A stretch of DNA of 61,334 nucleotides, the filler included. It is 14 parts of 14 records of this genome, joined end to end, with 100 filler letters (N's around TTAATTAATTAA, not from the genome) between each part and the next. Parts side by side here need not be neighbours in the genome. Positions count along the whole stretch, not along the records: positions 12,440 to 18,140 come from SRR15195285_6687; positions 18,241 to 22,839 come from SRR15195285_6692; positions 22,940 to 26,745 come from SRR15195285_6695; 11 more parts are not named here. The stretch is one strand, 5' to 3'. Position 1 is the first letter of the stretch; each line of letters opens with the position of its first letter. Position numbers and translations under genes: made by a program. Under the pieces are notes generated by a model. It was not told the origin of the DNA and did not search any database. It saw only the letters and a program-made list of their open reading frames with translations. This document shows, piece after piece, positions 12,585-24,960 of this stretch.

Positions 12585-15303
12585 ATGTCTGACATCGCCC
12601 CTGCGGAAGAGCTCCCGGCGGCCCCTGCTCCTGCGGCGGCGGCGGACGAGGGCGCGGCGGGAGGGAAGGGCAGCGCGGGGCAGCCGCAGCCGCAGCCGGA
12701 GGGCGAGGAGGGCGGCGCTGCCGGGAGGAAGGGGGTGCGGCTGCCGAGGTGGTCGGCCGAGGAGGAGAGGAGGCTGCGGCTGCTCGTGACCGCCGAGGGG
12801 GCGAACAGCTGGGCGAGCAAAGCGCAGCGCCTCGGCACGGGCTGGGTGCGCTCCGCCAACGCGGTCCAGCAGTACTACATGACGATGGTCCGGAAGGACG
12901 AGCAGGAGGCGGCCACCGGCTCGCGCATCATCGCGCGGGGCGCCCAAGGCCAAGGGACCAAGCGCCGCCGCTCGTCGGACGAGGCGGACGAGCGGCCGCG
13001 CGCTGCTCCGAACGTCGCCGCGGCGCCCAGCGTCCCAGGGCGGGCCACCCCCGACGACTGCCGCGCGTACTTGGCGGCGATGGGGCGCTGCACCGACGGC
13101 AGCGCCCGCGAGCTGGTGCTGCGCACGCAGGAGGTGCAGCGCTGGTCGCAGGCCGTGCACCGGGCGCGGGCGCGGGCGCGGGCGGCGGACAGTCGCGAGC
13201 ATCGCCCCCTGGTCACGGTGACCGGAGCGGGCGGCTACTTGGCCGGGCACGTCATCGAGCAGCTGCTCGCGCAGAACTATCGCGTGCGCGGCACCGTCCG
13301 CTCGCTTGAGACGCTGCGCGACGACGAGGCGGCACGGCGCCTCAAGGAGATCCGCACGCTGTTCCCGACGGTGGAGCTGTTCCCTTGCGATCTGCTGGAC
13401 GGTGCGGCGAACTTCGCGGCGGCGTTTGACGGGGTGTCGTACGTCATCCACACCGCGTGCCCAAACGAGACACGCGCGAGCAACCCGACCACCGAGCTCT
13501 TCCGCCCAGCTGTTGAGGGCGTCAAGGCGGTCATCGCAGCCGCGCGCGCCGCAGGGGTGAGGCGAGTAGTCATGACCTCTTCCTGCGGCGCCGTGCAGAG
13601 CAACCGTGTGCCCACCCCGCGCGACCACCGGTGGTCGGAAAAGGACTGGAACGATGACAGCTCGCGGCGAATTGCTCCCTACCGCTACGCCAAAGCCTAC
13701 GCAGAGCGCACGGCTTGGAAGCTTGCAGAAGGCAACACTGGCAGTGCAGGCAGTGATCTGGCCCCGGTGGACATGGTGAGCATCTGCCCGGCGATGATGC
13801 TGGGGCCCCCTATCTATCGTGCGAGGAGAACACAAGGACTTTCGGTTAGATACCTCACTGCTATCTTGGAAGGAAAATTTCGCACGGGTGTGCCGGGCGG
13901 GCCGTGCTTCGGCATCGTCGATGTGCGGGACGTTGCGGCGGCGCACATCAAGGCGATGGTCGGAGATGACGCGCGCGTGAAAGAGGAGGGCCGAGACGAG
14001 TCCAGGCCAGAGGCGCAGGCGGCTGGGGCTGCAGTAGCCGAAGCAGAGGCAGCGGCAGAGGCAGCCCCAGGCGCGGCTGAGACTGCAGGTGCAGATGAGC
14101 CACTGACTGCCACGCTAACGGCTGAAGAGGGCTCTGTCGAGTCTACGGGCGACACCGACTCGGCGAGCGCAGGCAGCGGACGTGCCGGCGGCACGGACCG
14201 CAAGCGCTATGTGCTTTCCTCGGCGGAAGGTGTGACTGCGATGGAAATCGTAGACTGCCTCAGCAACTCCGAAAATTTCATCGAGAAGCACAGCTGGGCT
14301 TGTGGATTACTGCCAGACTCGTCCCTCATCGAAACGTCTTACAGACCAAGATACAACGTGATCACGGCGGCCGCAGAGCTAGGCGCCACCTTCCGGCCGT
14401 TGAAAGAGACCATCGTGGAGATGGCCGATGCGATCGTGGAGCTAGGTATTGTGCGCCCGCCTCTTTCGGCTCGCATGCAGAACGCGAAATCGGACGCATC
14501 GCAGGAAGTTTGGGGCTCGCCGACGTCTTCGCAGCAACGCTCCAACGCGAAAACAGTGTTTTCTGCAGGCGACATGTCCATTCTCAAAGTTGAAAGCGCC
14601 GACGGGAGCGCCGCCGGTTCTGCGCGGGCTGCTGGTTCCGGAGCCGGCAGGGCGGCTGCAAGCAAATCAGGCGCAGGCGCAGGCGTAGGCGCAGGCGCAG
14701 GCAAGGCGGGCGAAGGTAGCGGAGGCGGTCGAGTCACTTACTTCTGGACGCAGGAAGAAATGGACAAGCTGGTCAGGATTGTGCAGGACGAAGGGTTAGG
14801 AGACTGGAATCGAAAGGCGTGGCTACTTGGAACCAATCGCTCTGCTGGATCCGTAGAACAGTAAGCGACCCTTTGGTGCACCTTTCATTATTTTTTGCAT
14901 TTCTTCCTTGCAATCATCTCGCTGCCGTGTGCCGTGCTTATGGTGCTGCTTTGTGCTGTGAAGGAAATACTATGTCATCACTCGTGCTGACGGGACGCGT
15001 CCGTCTAGGCCCACAGGGCTGGGCAACGAGTTGCCTGGTGGGCTTGGAATGGGGAGCGGGCCTGGCGCGAAGCTGGGCAAATGGACGGACAGCGAGATGT
15101 CTGCATTGGTATCGATCGTCCGTGAGCAGGGGCTTGGTGACTGGGACCAGAAGGCCATTGCTCTTGGCACCGGCAGGAGCGCCGGTGCGGTGGAACAGAA
15201 ATACTACGTCATCACAAGGGAGGTAGCACACACGCGACCCGCTGGAGGCGGCGGCGCGACCAAGTTCGGCCAGGGCCTCTATGCCGGTGAGAGGCCTTTA
15301 TGA
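12585..15303 (+). CDS. Fusion of Myb/SANT-like repeats (1 N-terminal, 2 C-terminal) with an extended SDR (dihydroflavonol/cinnamoyl-CoA reductase-like)
   Basis: RWSAEEERRL..WASKAQRLG; VTGAGGYLAG, TSS, YRYAK; FWTQEEMDKL..; intron 14861-14963 gives SVEQ|KYYVITR; KWTDSEMSAL..GAVEQKYY. Confidence 0.85.
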
Positions 15304-15485
15304 TACGCAAGATCAAAATAATGCAGCTGGCGTTACCTTCCCAAAACAAATAGAGCCGCAGTTGAGTCCAGTCAGATCAGTCTCCCACGTGAGACACACC
15401 CCTCACCGGTATGTTGCGGTGCAAGGACACTGTGTTGTGTCAAGACGGTGGGCAGAATCTAATGGTTGTAGCTATAGTATGTATC

Positions 15486-17488
15486 TTAAACACAACATTC
15501 AACCCCTGCGCCCTCGAGAGCCGTCACAAGTAGTGGGTCGGGAATTGCCGCAGATGTGTGCCCACGCAAATCCAATTGCCGAAGCGTCAGGTCACTGGTG
15601 GCCAACAACTTCTGCGCGAAAGCCACCATGCCGATAGGGGTGCATGTAACTTCTCTTACTCGAACCGAGCGCAGTGGAAGCGTGCTCCTGACCCGGGATA
15701 AACTACCCACTTGCGATGGATCCATGGGCGCAGTCAGCGTCTGCGCTAGCCATATCATTCCTGGGTCGTGTAGCGGATTGAAGGAAAGATCTAAGATCTC
15801 GAGACTTGGTGGAAAAGATGCCGCCGTAACCTGCTGCGGTTGTTGCAGTAGCTGGTGGCCATGCAAGGCATTCTCGCTTAGATCCAGCCGCTTCAGCACA
15901 CCTGTTTCGCTAGTTGTAGATCCATCACAGGGCCCTTCGGCCAACGAAATGGCTGCCAGAAGCACCTTAAGATCAGCGACTGTCAGCCCACAGCCTCGAA
16001 ATGAGATGTATCGAGGCAGATCTTCGCGTGGTCTCGCCTGCGAGAGACGAACAGTACCAGTAAGTTCACCTCCTAAGCGAGTGGTGTATATTCGTGAGCA
16101 GCCGATAGTTGCTGTGCAAGCGACAGTGCTGTATGGGTGGCTGGAAGTAGCTAGCTGGAGTTCACCTGTAATGTAGCGCCCAGTGCCCCCGCAACGGGAG
16201 GACCTAGATATGTCACACTATCCATGCACTCTGACGTGAACATCCGTTGCGAGCCATGCCAGCTCAAGTCCAATAGCTTGGGCGAGTCGGAGACGGTTGT
16301 ACCAGGAGATCCTACTGAAGCAACAGCGCTGGGCCCGTATATGGATAAGTTTAGTGCTGTGCTAAGATGATAAACCCTTCGGCCGCAGCTCCGGAGACGC
16401 TTGCCTGTTGTGCTTCCAGCAATTTCAGCAAGCCTGTACATGTGAAAATTTCGGTATAGCATAAAGTGATTCCTGGTTGGATGTCTTAAGGATACCATTC
16501 CATGAGTCTTTTCGACACACAGTGTGTCAGCCTGCTCCAGCCGAGATCTGGGCCGCGAGCTCAGTATTGCACTGCTGGCCGAAGTCTCCCCCAATAGTCC
16601 AACGTCGCCCCCCACCTGATGCATGTGCTCCATTGCTTGGGGACCACCTTGGAGACTCCATACGTCTGTCCCAATTCTACGCCTTTGCGACCCGTGGGTT
16701 TCGACGAAGATCGAGCCAAGCATGTCATCGCCCAGCTCGCACAGAAACGCCGGGCGTCGCCCAGCAGCGCAAAAGGCATCATCACTCTCGTCTGCATGCA
16801 ACAACAGAGCTTCCACCAGCTCATAGGGTAGATCGTCGCCCCAGCGCTTGGGGATGGGCATAGTAGTGCGTCTTCGTAAACCCTCGCTCAACCCTCTGAG
16901 CAGTCGTCCACGCATATTGTAGCAGGAGCTACCCAGGGCTGCACTGCTACCCACCTCCAACGAGTTGTCAGCGCAGTCGCAAGAAACGGAGTCTTCGTCT
17001 CCATTCACAAAAGACATCGGCTCCCAGCTCCACAGCACTTGCTGGTCCTGCATTGGCTCCCAGCTCAATGACACTTGGTCATTCTGTGCTGGTGATGGAC
17101 TGTAGGCGGTCCGCGAACTCGTTGCTTGGCTGTCTCCTGCAGCGGGGTGGCTGGCCGCGAACTCGTCAAGTTGTTCCGAGCTGGTCTCCAGTGCACCGAG
17201 CATGTACGCTGGAGAGCGCAGAGCGATAGCGCGCCATGGCCGGCACACCCGAGCACACCGTGAGACGTGCAAGACAAGGTCTTCATGCGTGGTCGCGGTG
17301 AGAAGTATGTGCTGGAGCACGGAGCTGGGGAGATCAAGCATGTAGGCGCTGCTGCGTGAAACCATGATCATCTGAGTCATCATCATCCCGCCGTCGCCGC
17401 CGCCGCCGCAGGTACATGTACTAGTATCTGCTAGGGGGTCATCAGCCCCAGCCAAACGGGTTTCCCTGTGACCCAGCAAACCAGGCAT
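15486..17488 (-). CDS. F-box-like / leucine-rich repeat protein; 2 exons
   Basis: LDLPSSVLQHIL..CARVCRPWRAIA; intron 16038-16165; LRRs LKRLDLSENAL, LEILDLSFNPL, LRQLDLRG. Confidence 0.7.
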
Positions 17489-18383
17489 TTCCGATCTCGC
17501 CCCGTCTAACAGATGCCACTACTACTGGCAAACGATAGACGGGGCGAGATTAGGATGGCCGGCCAGCGGCTGTTGTACGGCTCTGTTGGGCGTTCCGAGG
17601 GGCGCGATCGAGTCCCAACACGCATAGCTCGGATCTCTGAGCGGCGCGGGGGCGCCGGAGCAGCCGCTGACAAGCTGTCGCTGGGCAAAGACGGAGCCGC
17701 GCGCCCGGAAAATCGCTAAACCGGCGGCGGAAACTGCAGCGGAATCGCGCCGCGCTCGCTGCCGCGGCTGCCTCGCCCCGCGCCGCCCCGCCGCGCTTCG
17801 GAGCCGCAGCCGGCACCCTCAGCGCCGCTTTCCACCGCGCGGCAGCCCCCGCTCAGCCCCCGGGGCGCCCCGCCAGCAGCGCCGCCTTCGCGGGCGTCGC
17901 CACCATCTCGGCGGCCTTCGTTGTCTTCACGGACCGCTGACGTTGGGGAATCCACCAGAAATCGAAGAAATGCAAATGTGGATTCCAATTGATTGTAGAT
18001 GTGCATTCCCGCGCCGCCGCCAGTACGCTTGTTAGGCCTCTGGTCTTACGTTGGAGAAAGTGGCAGTCCGAGAGCGGCCCCGCTATTAGTTCTCCCTCGA
18101 GTCGACTTCACCTACGAAGTCGATTCGCATTCCTCTCAATNNNNNNNNNNNNNNNNNNNNNNNNNNNNNNNNNNNNNNNNNNNNTTAATTAATTAANNNN
18201 NNNNNNNNNNNNNNNNNNNNNNNNNNNNNNNNNNNNNNNNAAATCATGTCCACCCTTTGTAACTGGTTGCGCGGCAGACTTGACAGGCGGGCAGGCTGCT
18301 CTCGCTGCTAGCTAATCTTGTTTCTCTAAGCTCCATATCGCGGTATCGCTACACGCTCCGGCGCCACGTGACGCGCAGCGACG

Positions 18384-20392
18384 ATGATGGCGTCCGTGCT
18401 GCTGCTTTGCGCCAACGCTGCTGGCGCTCCGACACCCACGCCGGCTCCCACCGCCTACCCGGAAATGGCCGCCAGCGCTGCCCGCTCGCTGCAGCAGCAC
18501 TGGTACATGGCGGGCGCCAACGGCTCGTGGATCGGGCGCGGCCCGGGGGCTGGGCTAGGGCAGTACGATCTGTGCCTCGCCGACAAGCCCGAACAAAGCT
18601 GCAAATGCAACGTGCGCTGTGCCTTGCCGCCTGAGCCCGCAGCAGAGCACACAGCTTTGTCCAATGAATGATCGCACGCGGTGTTGCCTCATGCACCCAG
18701 GGTTATCAGGGCAACTGGGTGCGCGCCAATACGATCGAAGCGCTATGCAATTACCAGATCATCAGTGGCTCCCACGAGTATGACGACGCCATCGCTGCCG
18801 CCTTCCCGCACAAGAGCTTCGAGATCAACGCAGCCGCTCCCTACAAATGTGACCCGGACGCCCCGGGTGATGGCCAGGCGATGCCTCACAGCGACCCCGG
18901 CTGGCCCTACTACGACGACATCCTGTGGTGGGCCCTAGCTGCGCTCCGCGCTGCTGATATGTACACGCTCCGCGGCGAGTCCGAGCTTGCGACGAAGATG
19001 ACATCACGAAGCAACGAAATTTTCGAACACGTCGCAGCGCGAGCATGGAACGAGACCGAGGCTGCGTGCGGCGGTGGAATCTGGTGGAGCACAAGTCGAG
19101 GGTACAAGAACGCGATCGCCAACGAGCTTTTCTTTGCGACTGCTTCTAAGCTCAAGAAGACGGACTGGGCAACGAAGGCTTGGAAGTGGTTCAAGAACTC
19201 AGGCATGATAAACAACATGTCGCTGGTAAACGATGGCTTGGACAAAGATTGCAGCAACAACGGGCGCACCACGTTCACCTACAATCAGGGCGTGTTGCTT
19301 GGTGGTCTATCGCATCTGCACGCGCTCACAGGCGATGTCGACCTTCTGAACCAGGCTTCGAAAGTCATCAACGCGGTTCTTCAGCACTTGACAGATGGCA
19401 ATGGGGTCCTGGCTGAGGTTGACTGCGGTGACGGTGGGCTCTTCAAGGGCATCTTCGTGCGATACCTGCGCTACTTTATCGACGCAAACAAGGCAACTAT
19501 CCGGAGCGCAGACTTGGCCAACTGGAGTCAGTTCCTGATTGCGAACGCCGAGTCGCTCTGGAAGTCCCAAGACGCCGAGGGAAAGTTTCCTGTGTATTGG
19601 GGAGGTGCTGCGCCGATGATGTTTCCGTCAGGGACCGTGAACTTGCAAACCGCTGCCATTGATGCGTTTGCTGCGGCAGCGGCGGCGCCGGCTCCGGGCA
19701 TAGACGCTAGCAAGAATGTATCGTTCGGGGAGGGTAGCGCCGCAGGTTGGTGCAACAGTGCAGGCAGGCGTGTGAGTCTGCATCAAACGGACGGGTCCTG
19801 GGAGCACCGGTGCGTGTGCAACCTTCGCTTCACCGGTGCCGAGTGCCAGCGGGAGATCGATTGGCTGGCGTACTATGGCAGCCAGGGGCGCAAGGTTTTG
19901 GTCATGACAGCGCATGGTCGTTTCATCTCTTCGAAGGCAGACCGCCATCCGAATCCATGCATGGCACACACCTCAACGGAGGAGTATTGGAGTGTGCAAA
20001 GGTGTGGCAGTGGGGTCGCGCTCGTGGGCAGTGCGGGGCTGTTCCTTGCGATTGACGACGATCCAGATGCCAGCACGGATACAAAGTCCGACGCACTCAT
20101 CGCCGAGATCGTGATGCTAAATGCCACCGACGTAGATTGCAATGATCTACACTCTCCGGCGTCTTGGCACGTTAACATCACGGCGGGTGGAGAGACGGGA
20201 GAAACACTGGTGCTCACGTCCGCGAGCAGACCAGCGATGCCCAACACGGCTTGGTACTTGACCACGGACACGGATCCCATCGGTGCCGAGGGTTTGATTG
20301 CCGTGGCTGCCACGCCTGCGCAGGCAACATCAGCTGAGGGCGGGCTGCTACACCTTCGTGTGCGTGCACAGCAGTTTTGCCAGTCTTTGTGA
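18384..20392 (+). CDS. Secreted GH76 (alpha-1,6-mannanase-like) with C-terminal EGF-like and putative beta-trefoil domains
   Basis: Signal peptide; intron 18612-18700; YYDDILWW catalytic motif, GGIWW, YKNAIANELF, TYNQGV, FKGIFVRYL; CVCNLRFTGAEC. Confidence 0.9.
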
Positions 20393-20553
20393 CCTGCCGT
20401 ATTGGCTGGTGAACTGTACATCCAAGTTCGGTAGCTTCTCGTGGCAGTCAGCATGCGCTGCAGACCTGTCACAACCTACGGGAACCGCAGCAGCTCAAGG
20501 AGTTTTCAAGTTCAGAAGTACTCAATCCAAGAGACATGTTATCAGGCCGCTCA

Positions 20554-22723
20554 TCACAACGACATCTTCCATGCCTTCACTGTTTCAAAGCGCGCTGCCG
20601 TGTCGTTAATCGCTGCTAGCCCCACCTTACCCTTGGCTACTGGGTAATTTCCATAGGTCATTGTCTGCACAAGCATTAGTGGCTCTCCGACGTAAAGCTC
20701 AAACGTTCCGTGCCGTAAGTACCTATGCGAATGCAACGACTGGTTACTTACATTGGCACACACGCAACGCTACTAGCAGAGTGCGACGGGCAGAGATAAC
20801 AATGAGACTGACTGACTGGGGTACGTACGCGAGGAAGGGATGGGATCCAACGCTGACGCCTGTCGTTGTCGCGGGGAGACAAGTCACCGATTTCTTCTGC
20901 TTCGGGTCGCCACACTCAAATGGTCCAGCCGTGTCGCGCACCTTAGGAGGCACTGAACCACCGACAGCAAAGTCGCGCACACGTGTCGATCGTGTGAGGT
21001 CTGTGTTGGGCTTGATCTCCATGAGCATACTCGTGACTGTCTCAGCAGATGTTGCGTTCTTCGCCGGGTGGCTGCTATTGCGCAACGACCGTGATGGCAA
21101 GCCAGTATATGCTGGCGGCGAAGGCTTTATCACGGTTGGCACTGGACTCTTGAGGGTGCAGTAGCGAGACGTCAGTGGCTTGCCATGCTGGCACGGCAGT
21201 ACTAGCTTCTCTTGTGCATCCTGACTGACATCGATTGTAGTCCACGCCATGCAGTGCGCATCCGCCTCACAGGCAGCCGCGCAGTCAGCTGGCGTGAAGC
21301 TTGCATTCACTGCGAAGCAGTTGTAATCGTTCCCTGGCCTATCGAAGCCTTTATCAGGCCCCGGGTCATCCGCGTGTGGGATGGGCGGCGGAGGAGGCGC
21401 TATCGTCTGCACCGCAAAGCCTATCTGAGCTGCTTCAGTCCCCGCAAGTAGGACGCCCGATATTACCACACCGATCGCGTGATCCCACTGGTCTGAGCCT
21501 GCAAACCATGCCACATCAATCTCGTCGCCGCCTGGAACTGAAGCACCAGCCCCAAGAGTAGGTGGCAGGCTGATAGGGTCACCTCGGAGCGCGTCATTGC
21601 CACTCCAGTGGCCAAGGCGAAGGTGGCCATCTGCGTCCACTCTCGGCTGGCGCAGTGGCAACAGCCACACATGACCGCCACCAGCGAGCGACTTCTGCGC
21701 TCCGCAGTCTTCAGTGTGTGGCATCACCATGTACTGCGAAATTAGGGCGCCCTTTGGATAGGTGTCGTAGTTGCGGCTCCACGCAGCGAGAGCCTGGCCG
21801 AAGTTGGCCGTGGCCCCACGATCCTGCCCAGAGAGCCTGTAGGCTTGCGAGTCGGGTGCATAGGGACCAGCAACTTCGCTGCCGTTTGAGCGTAGCGTCC
21901 ACATGCTGTAGGAGTTCGCAGCCTGCGGCGGACCGCTGCCACCACCGATCATATAATATCGATCGTTCTCCATCTTCTCGACGCCGCCAATCTCGAAGGA
22001 GGTCGGCACAACGTCTCCGAAGCTGACCACTGTGGGTGCCTCGACCGTCCAGTTGAGACCATCCTTCGAGCGGAGCTGTCCAGGTGCAGGGTTGCCGATT
22101 GGCGTTGCTACCGGAAACGCAATGAACCCTCCGGTGGGACCGGTGTCCTCCTGAATGTACGCGTGGTCCCATCTGCCTTTGGACACGCCATCGGTGTTCC
22201 TGTACCACTTTGGGTCCGGATGCAACGTGTACATATACTCCCAGTGCAGGGCGTCGGTGCTCTTCAGGAACCGCAGACACTGGCTTGTTCCTGCCGGGCA
22301 GCCGCGGTCGTTCGACAGCTGCTTGGTGGGGTCGTCTGGACCCGTCACCGGACCGGAGGTTCCATGGTCCATTACAAACATGGGCTTTCCTTCGACGTCC
22401 GTCACCTTGTGGATCATACATTTGAACCAGCCGACGTTGCCAGCCTCAGCGTTGAACGCCGAGTGCGTCTTGAAGTGGACACCGTCCGGAGCAACTGCGA
22501 CTAGACCGTGACCGTAGTGGGTCTCGTTCGACGTGCACCCCGGCGTGCCCGTGCCGCACACGTACATGAAGTAGCAGTAAGTCTTGCCTTCCCAGGTCAT
22601 GCAGGACGGGTCCCACGTCAAGCCCGTAGCAGGGCGATACATGAACGCCATGACAGCCGTGGGCGATGCGCCCAGGAGTGCGAGCAGCAGCACGCTCAAT
22701 GTGGCCGCACCTGGCCGCACCAT
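20554..22723 (-). CDS. Secreted five-bladed beta-propeller glycoside hydrolase (GH32/clan J-like) with inserted PAN/Apple module
   Basis: Signal peptide; WDPS, RWDH and FE putative catalytic motifs; GFDRPGNDY..C..AC..D..C.AWT..CTLK; intron 20723-20828 (FLA|YLRHG). Confidence 0.7.
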
Positions 22724-23096
22724 GTGGGCTCACGACGGGATCCGGGCGATCGCGCGCGCGCGCCGGCGCGACCCCTGCTAGCTGACGCGACGCGCCGCGC
22801 GCGGCGGCGGCGGCGGCCGGCGCCGAGGGCAAAACGCTCNNNNNNNNNNNNNNNNNNNNNNNNNNNNNNNNNNNNNNNNNNNNTTAATTAATTAANNNNN
22901 NNNNNNNNNNNNNNNNNNNNNNNNNNNNNNNNNNNNNNNTCTCTCTCTCTCTCTCTCTCTCTGCGTGTGCGTGTGTGCCTGTGTCTCTCTCTCCCTCTGT
23001 CTCTCTTTATACGAGCTCGTGCAGGGGCTCGTCTCTGTGCTGCTTCATGCACCCAAGGCCAGCACCTGACCCGACGCACCCGCGCACACGGGCGCA

Positions 23097-24779
23097 GTGC
23101 TGGCTGTTCTCCTGGTAGCTGTGGGCTTAGGCATGGTGGCCGTGGGCTCCGCTGCCATCTACGCGCTGAAACAGAGCAACACGCAGATCCTCCGTGTTGT
23201 GTGGTGCATCGACGTGGTGTTCTTCTGGGTGCTCCTGAGTGTTAGCGTGGTGGGGGTGCTGCTCGGGCTCGACGCCCGCGACCCCGTGCGCCGGGCCGTC
23301 AACGAGGTGTGGGGATCGCACTCCACAACTGCCACCGAGCCTATCACGGCTGAGCAGACCAACTACCGCCTAGGTGTGTGGGACTCTGGCTACTGCGTGG
23401 ACAGCCAAGTTTTCGGGGGACGCAAGCAGTCTTGCGAGGCTGTGTTTGTGGACCAGGTGAAGCAAGTGATGAGCTCCGCCGCAGCTAACTTCACCGGCGG
23501 CACAGGCGTTCGTGACATCTTTTCGGACTGCAGACACGCCAGTCGTGGCGTGGTGTGCGTGCCCGCGTCCACAGGCGCAGCCGAGGTGGGGTATTGCAAC
23601 ACCGGATCCACGGCCGACGCTTGTGCAGAACTGGAGGATGGCCGGTGCTTCTGGGAAACCAACCGGCCCCCACCAAACCGGGCCGAGGCCTGTGTTCCAG
23701 CGCCGGACTGCAGCACTGCGATTGCTCTTGCAACCGCCTGCGATGACTGCAATCAGAAGTGCAAGGAGGATGTCATCGCCGACTTGAAGACGAACCTGCA
23801 CCCCGCAAGCATCGTGGTTATCATGTGCTTGGTGTTCTGCGTTGTTTCAGCATTGCTGAACGACGCAATGGTAACGGCCGACGAGTTCGATGGGACTCGC
23901 GGCTACATCGGCTATGTCCTCAACGGTCTCGTCTCTTTCACTGGCTTCTTGCTCACCATTGCAGCCGGGGTCGGGTGGTCCAAACTGTCTAATCAGTGCC
24001 CAGAGGGCGTGGACTGTTCAAACTCCGCGGTGGCGATCGCTGTTGGCATGGTGAGCTTGCAGTTTGCTAGCGAAAAATACCAGCCGCAGAGCTCACACCG
24101 CGCAATTTGCTTTGCAGGGGCTAGTTTTAATCACAGTCGGATGTGCGGGCGTGTACGGCATCCGCAAGAATTCAAAGTGGCCTAGCTTGGTAGGCCGGAA
24201 GCTGATCTACATCGTGAATGTCGTGCTCCTTTGCTGCGCGCTGGTACTGTCGGTAACTGCCGTCGTCCTGTCCATTATAGGCGGTACGCTCCGCCACCCG
24301 AGTTTCCGCGTGTGCATCTACTGCCACTGGCTCCCATCACTTTTAAATAACTGACGGGCGCAGGCGGGATGGATGACATCAACAGCCAGGCAGACAGTAA
24401 CTTTCCTGAGTTGCGGCAACAAATGGAAGATCACGATCCCGATATTTGCGAAAAACAGGTGCTTCACGAATCAGGATTTGGCACTCACGCGATCCCGATG
24501 ACTGATGAGGAATGCAGAGCAAAGATTACCGCCGACGTTGAACAGCAGGTTCTGGTGGCTGGAGTCATTGCATCTGTCGTTTGCATCGTTATCGCCGTCG
24601 TGATTGTGCTTACATGGCGACGCATCAACGCGCTACGGGCTAACAGACCAAACGACGATGACATCGAGTTCGAAAATCCGGTCGAAAACACTCTTGAGGA
24701 AATAGCGAGTACGGCTGCGGCAACGTCATTCGACAACGAGAGCGGGAGTCGACCGAAGTCAAAGGGCTTCAAGTTCTAG
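23097..24779 (+). CDS. Multi-pass membrane protein with tandem tetraspanin-like topology and Cys-rich loops (5'-partial)
   Basis: About 7 hydrophobic segments and large Cys-containing loops; introns ~24051-24117 and ~24284-24363 join three ORFs. Confidence 0.65.
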
Positions 24780-24960
24780 AAATGGGATTAGCACAAACGG
24801 TGACCGCGACCGACGGTCGAACGCCAGTGCGAGACGTCGATCGAAGGAAGAAGCAGCTTCCACGGCTATGAGCAACAGACAGCAGATTGGTAGTTTCATA
24901 TCGATATATTGCACCACGTCGACTGACTGCACCCACGGCTTCCCTTAGCACACGACGTTC

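Noticed and set aside
12471-13946. 491-aa antisense ORF (and many similar shadow ORFs)
   Set aside because: Expected from GC-rich codon usage opposite real genes; no motifs
18668-18671. ATGA overlap resembling bacterial translational coupling or a frameshift
   Set aside because: Explained by intron 18612-18700
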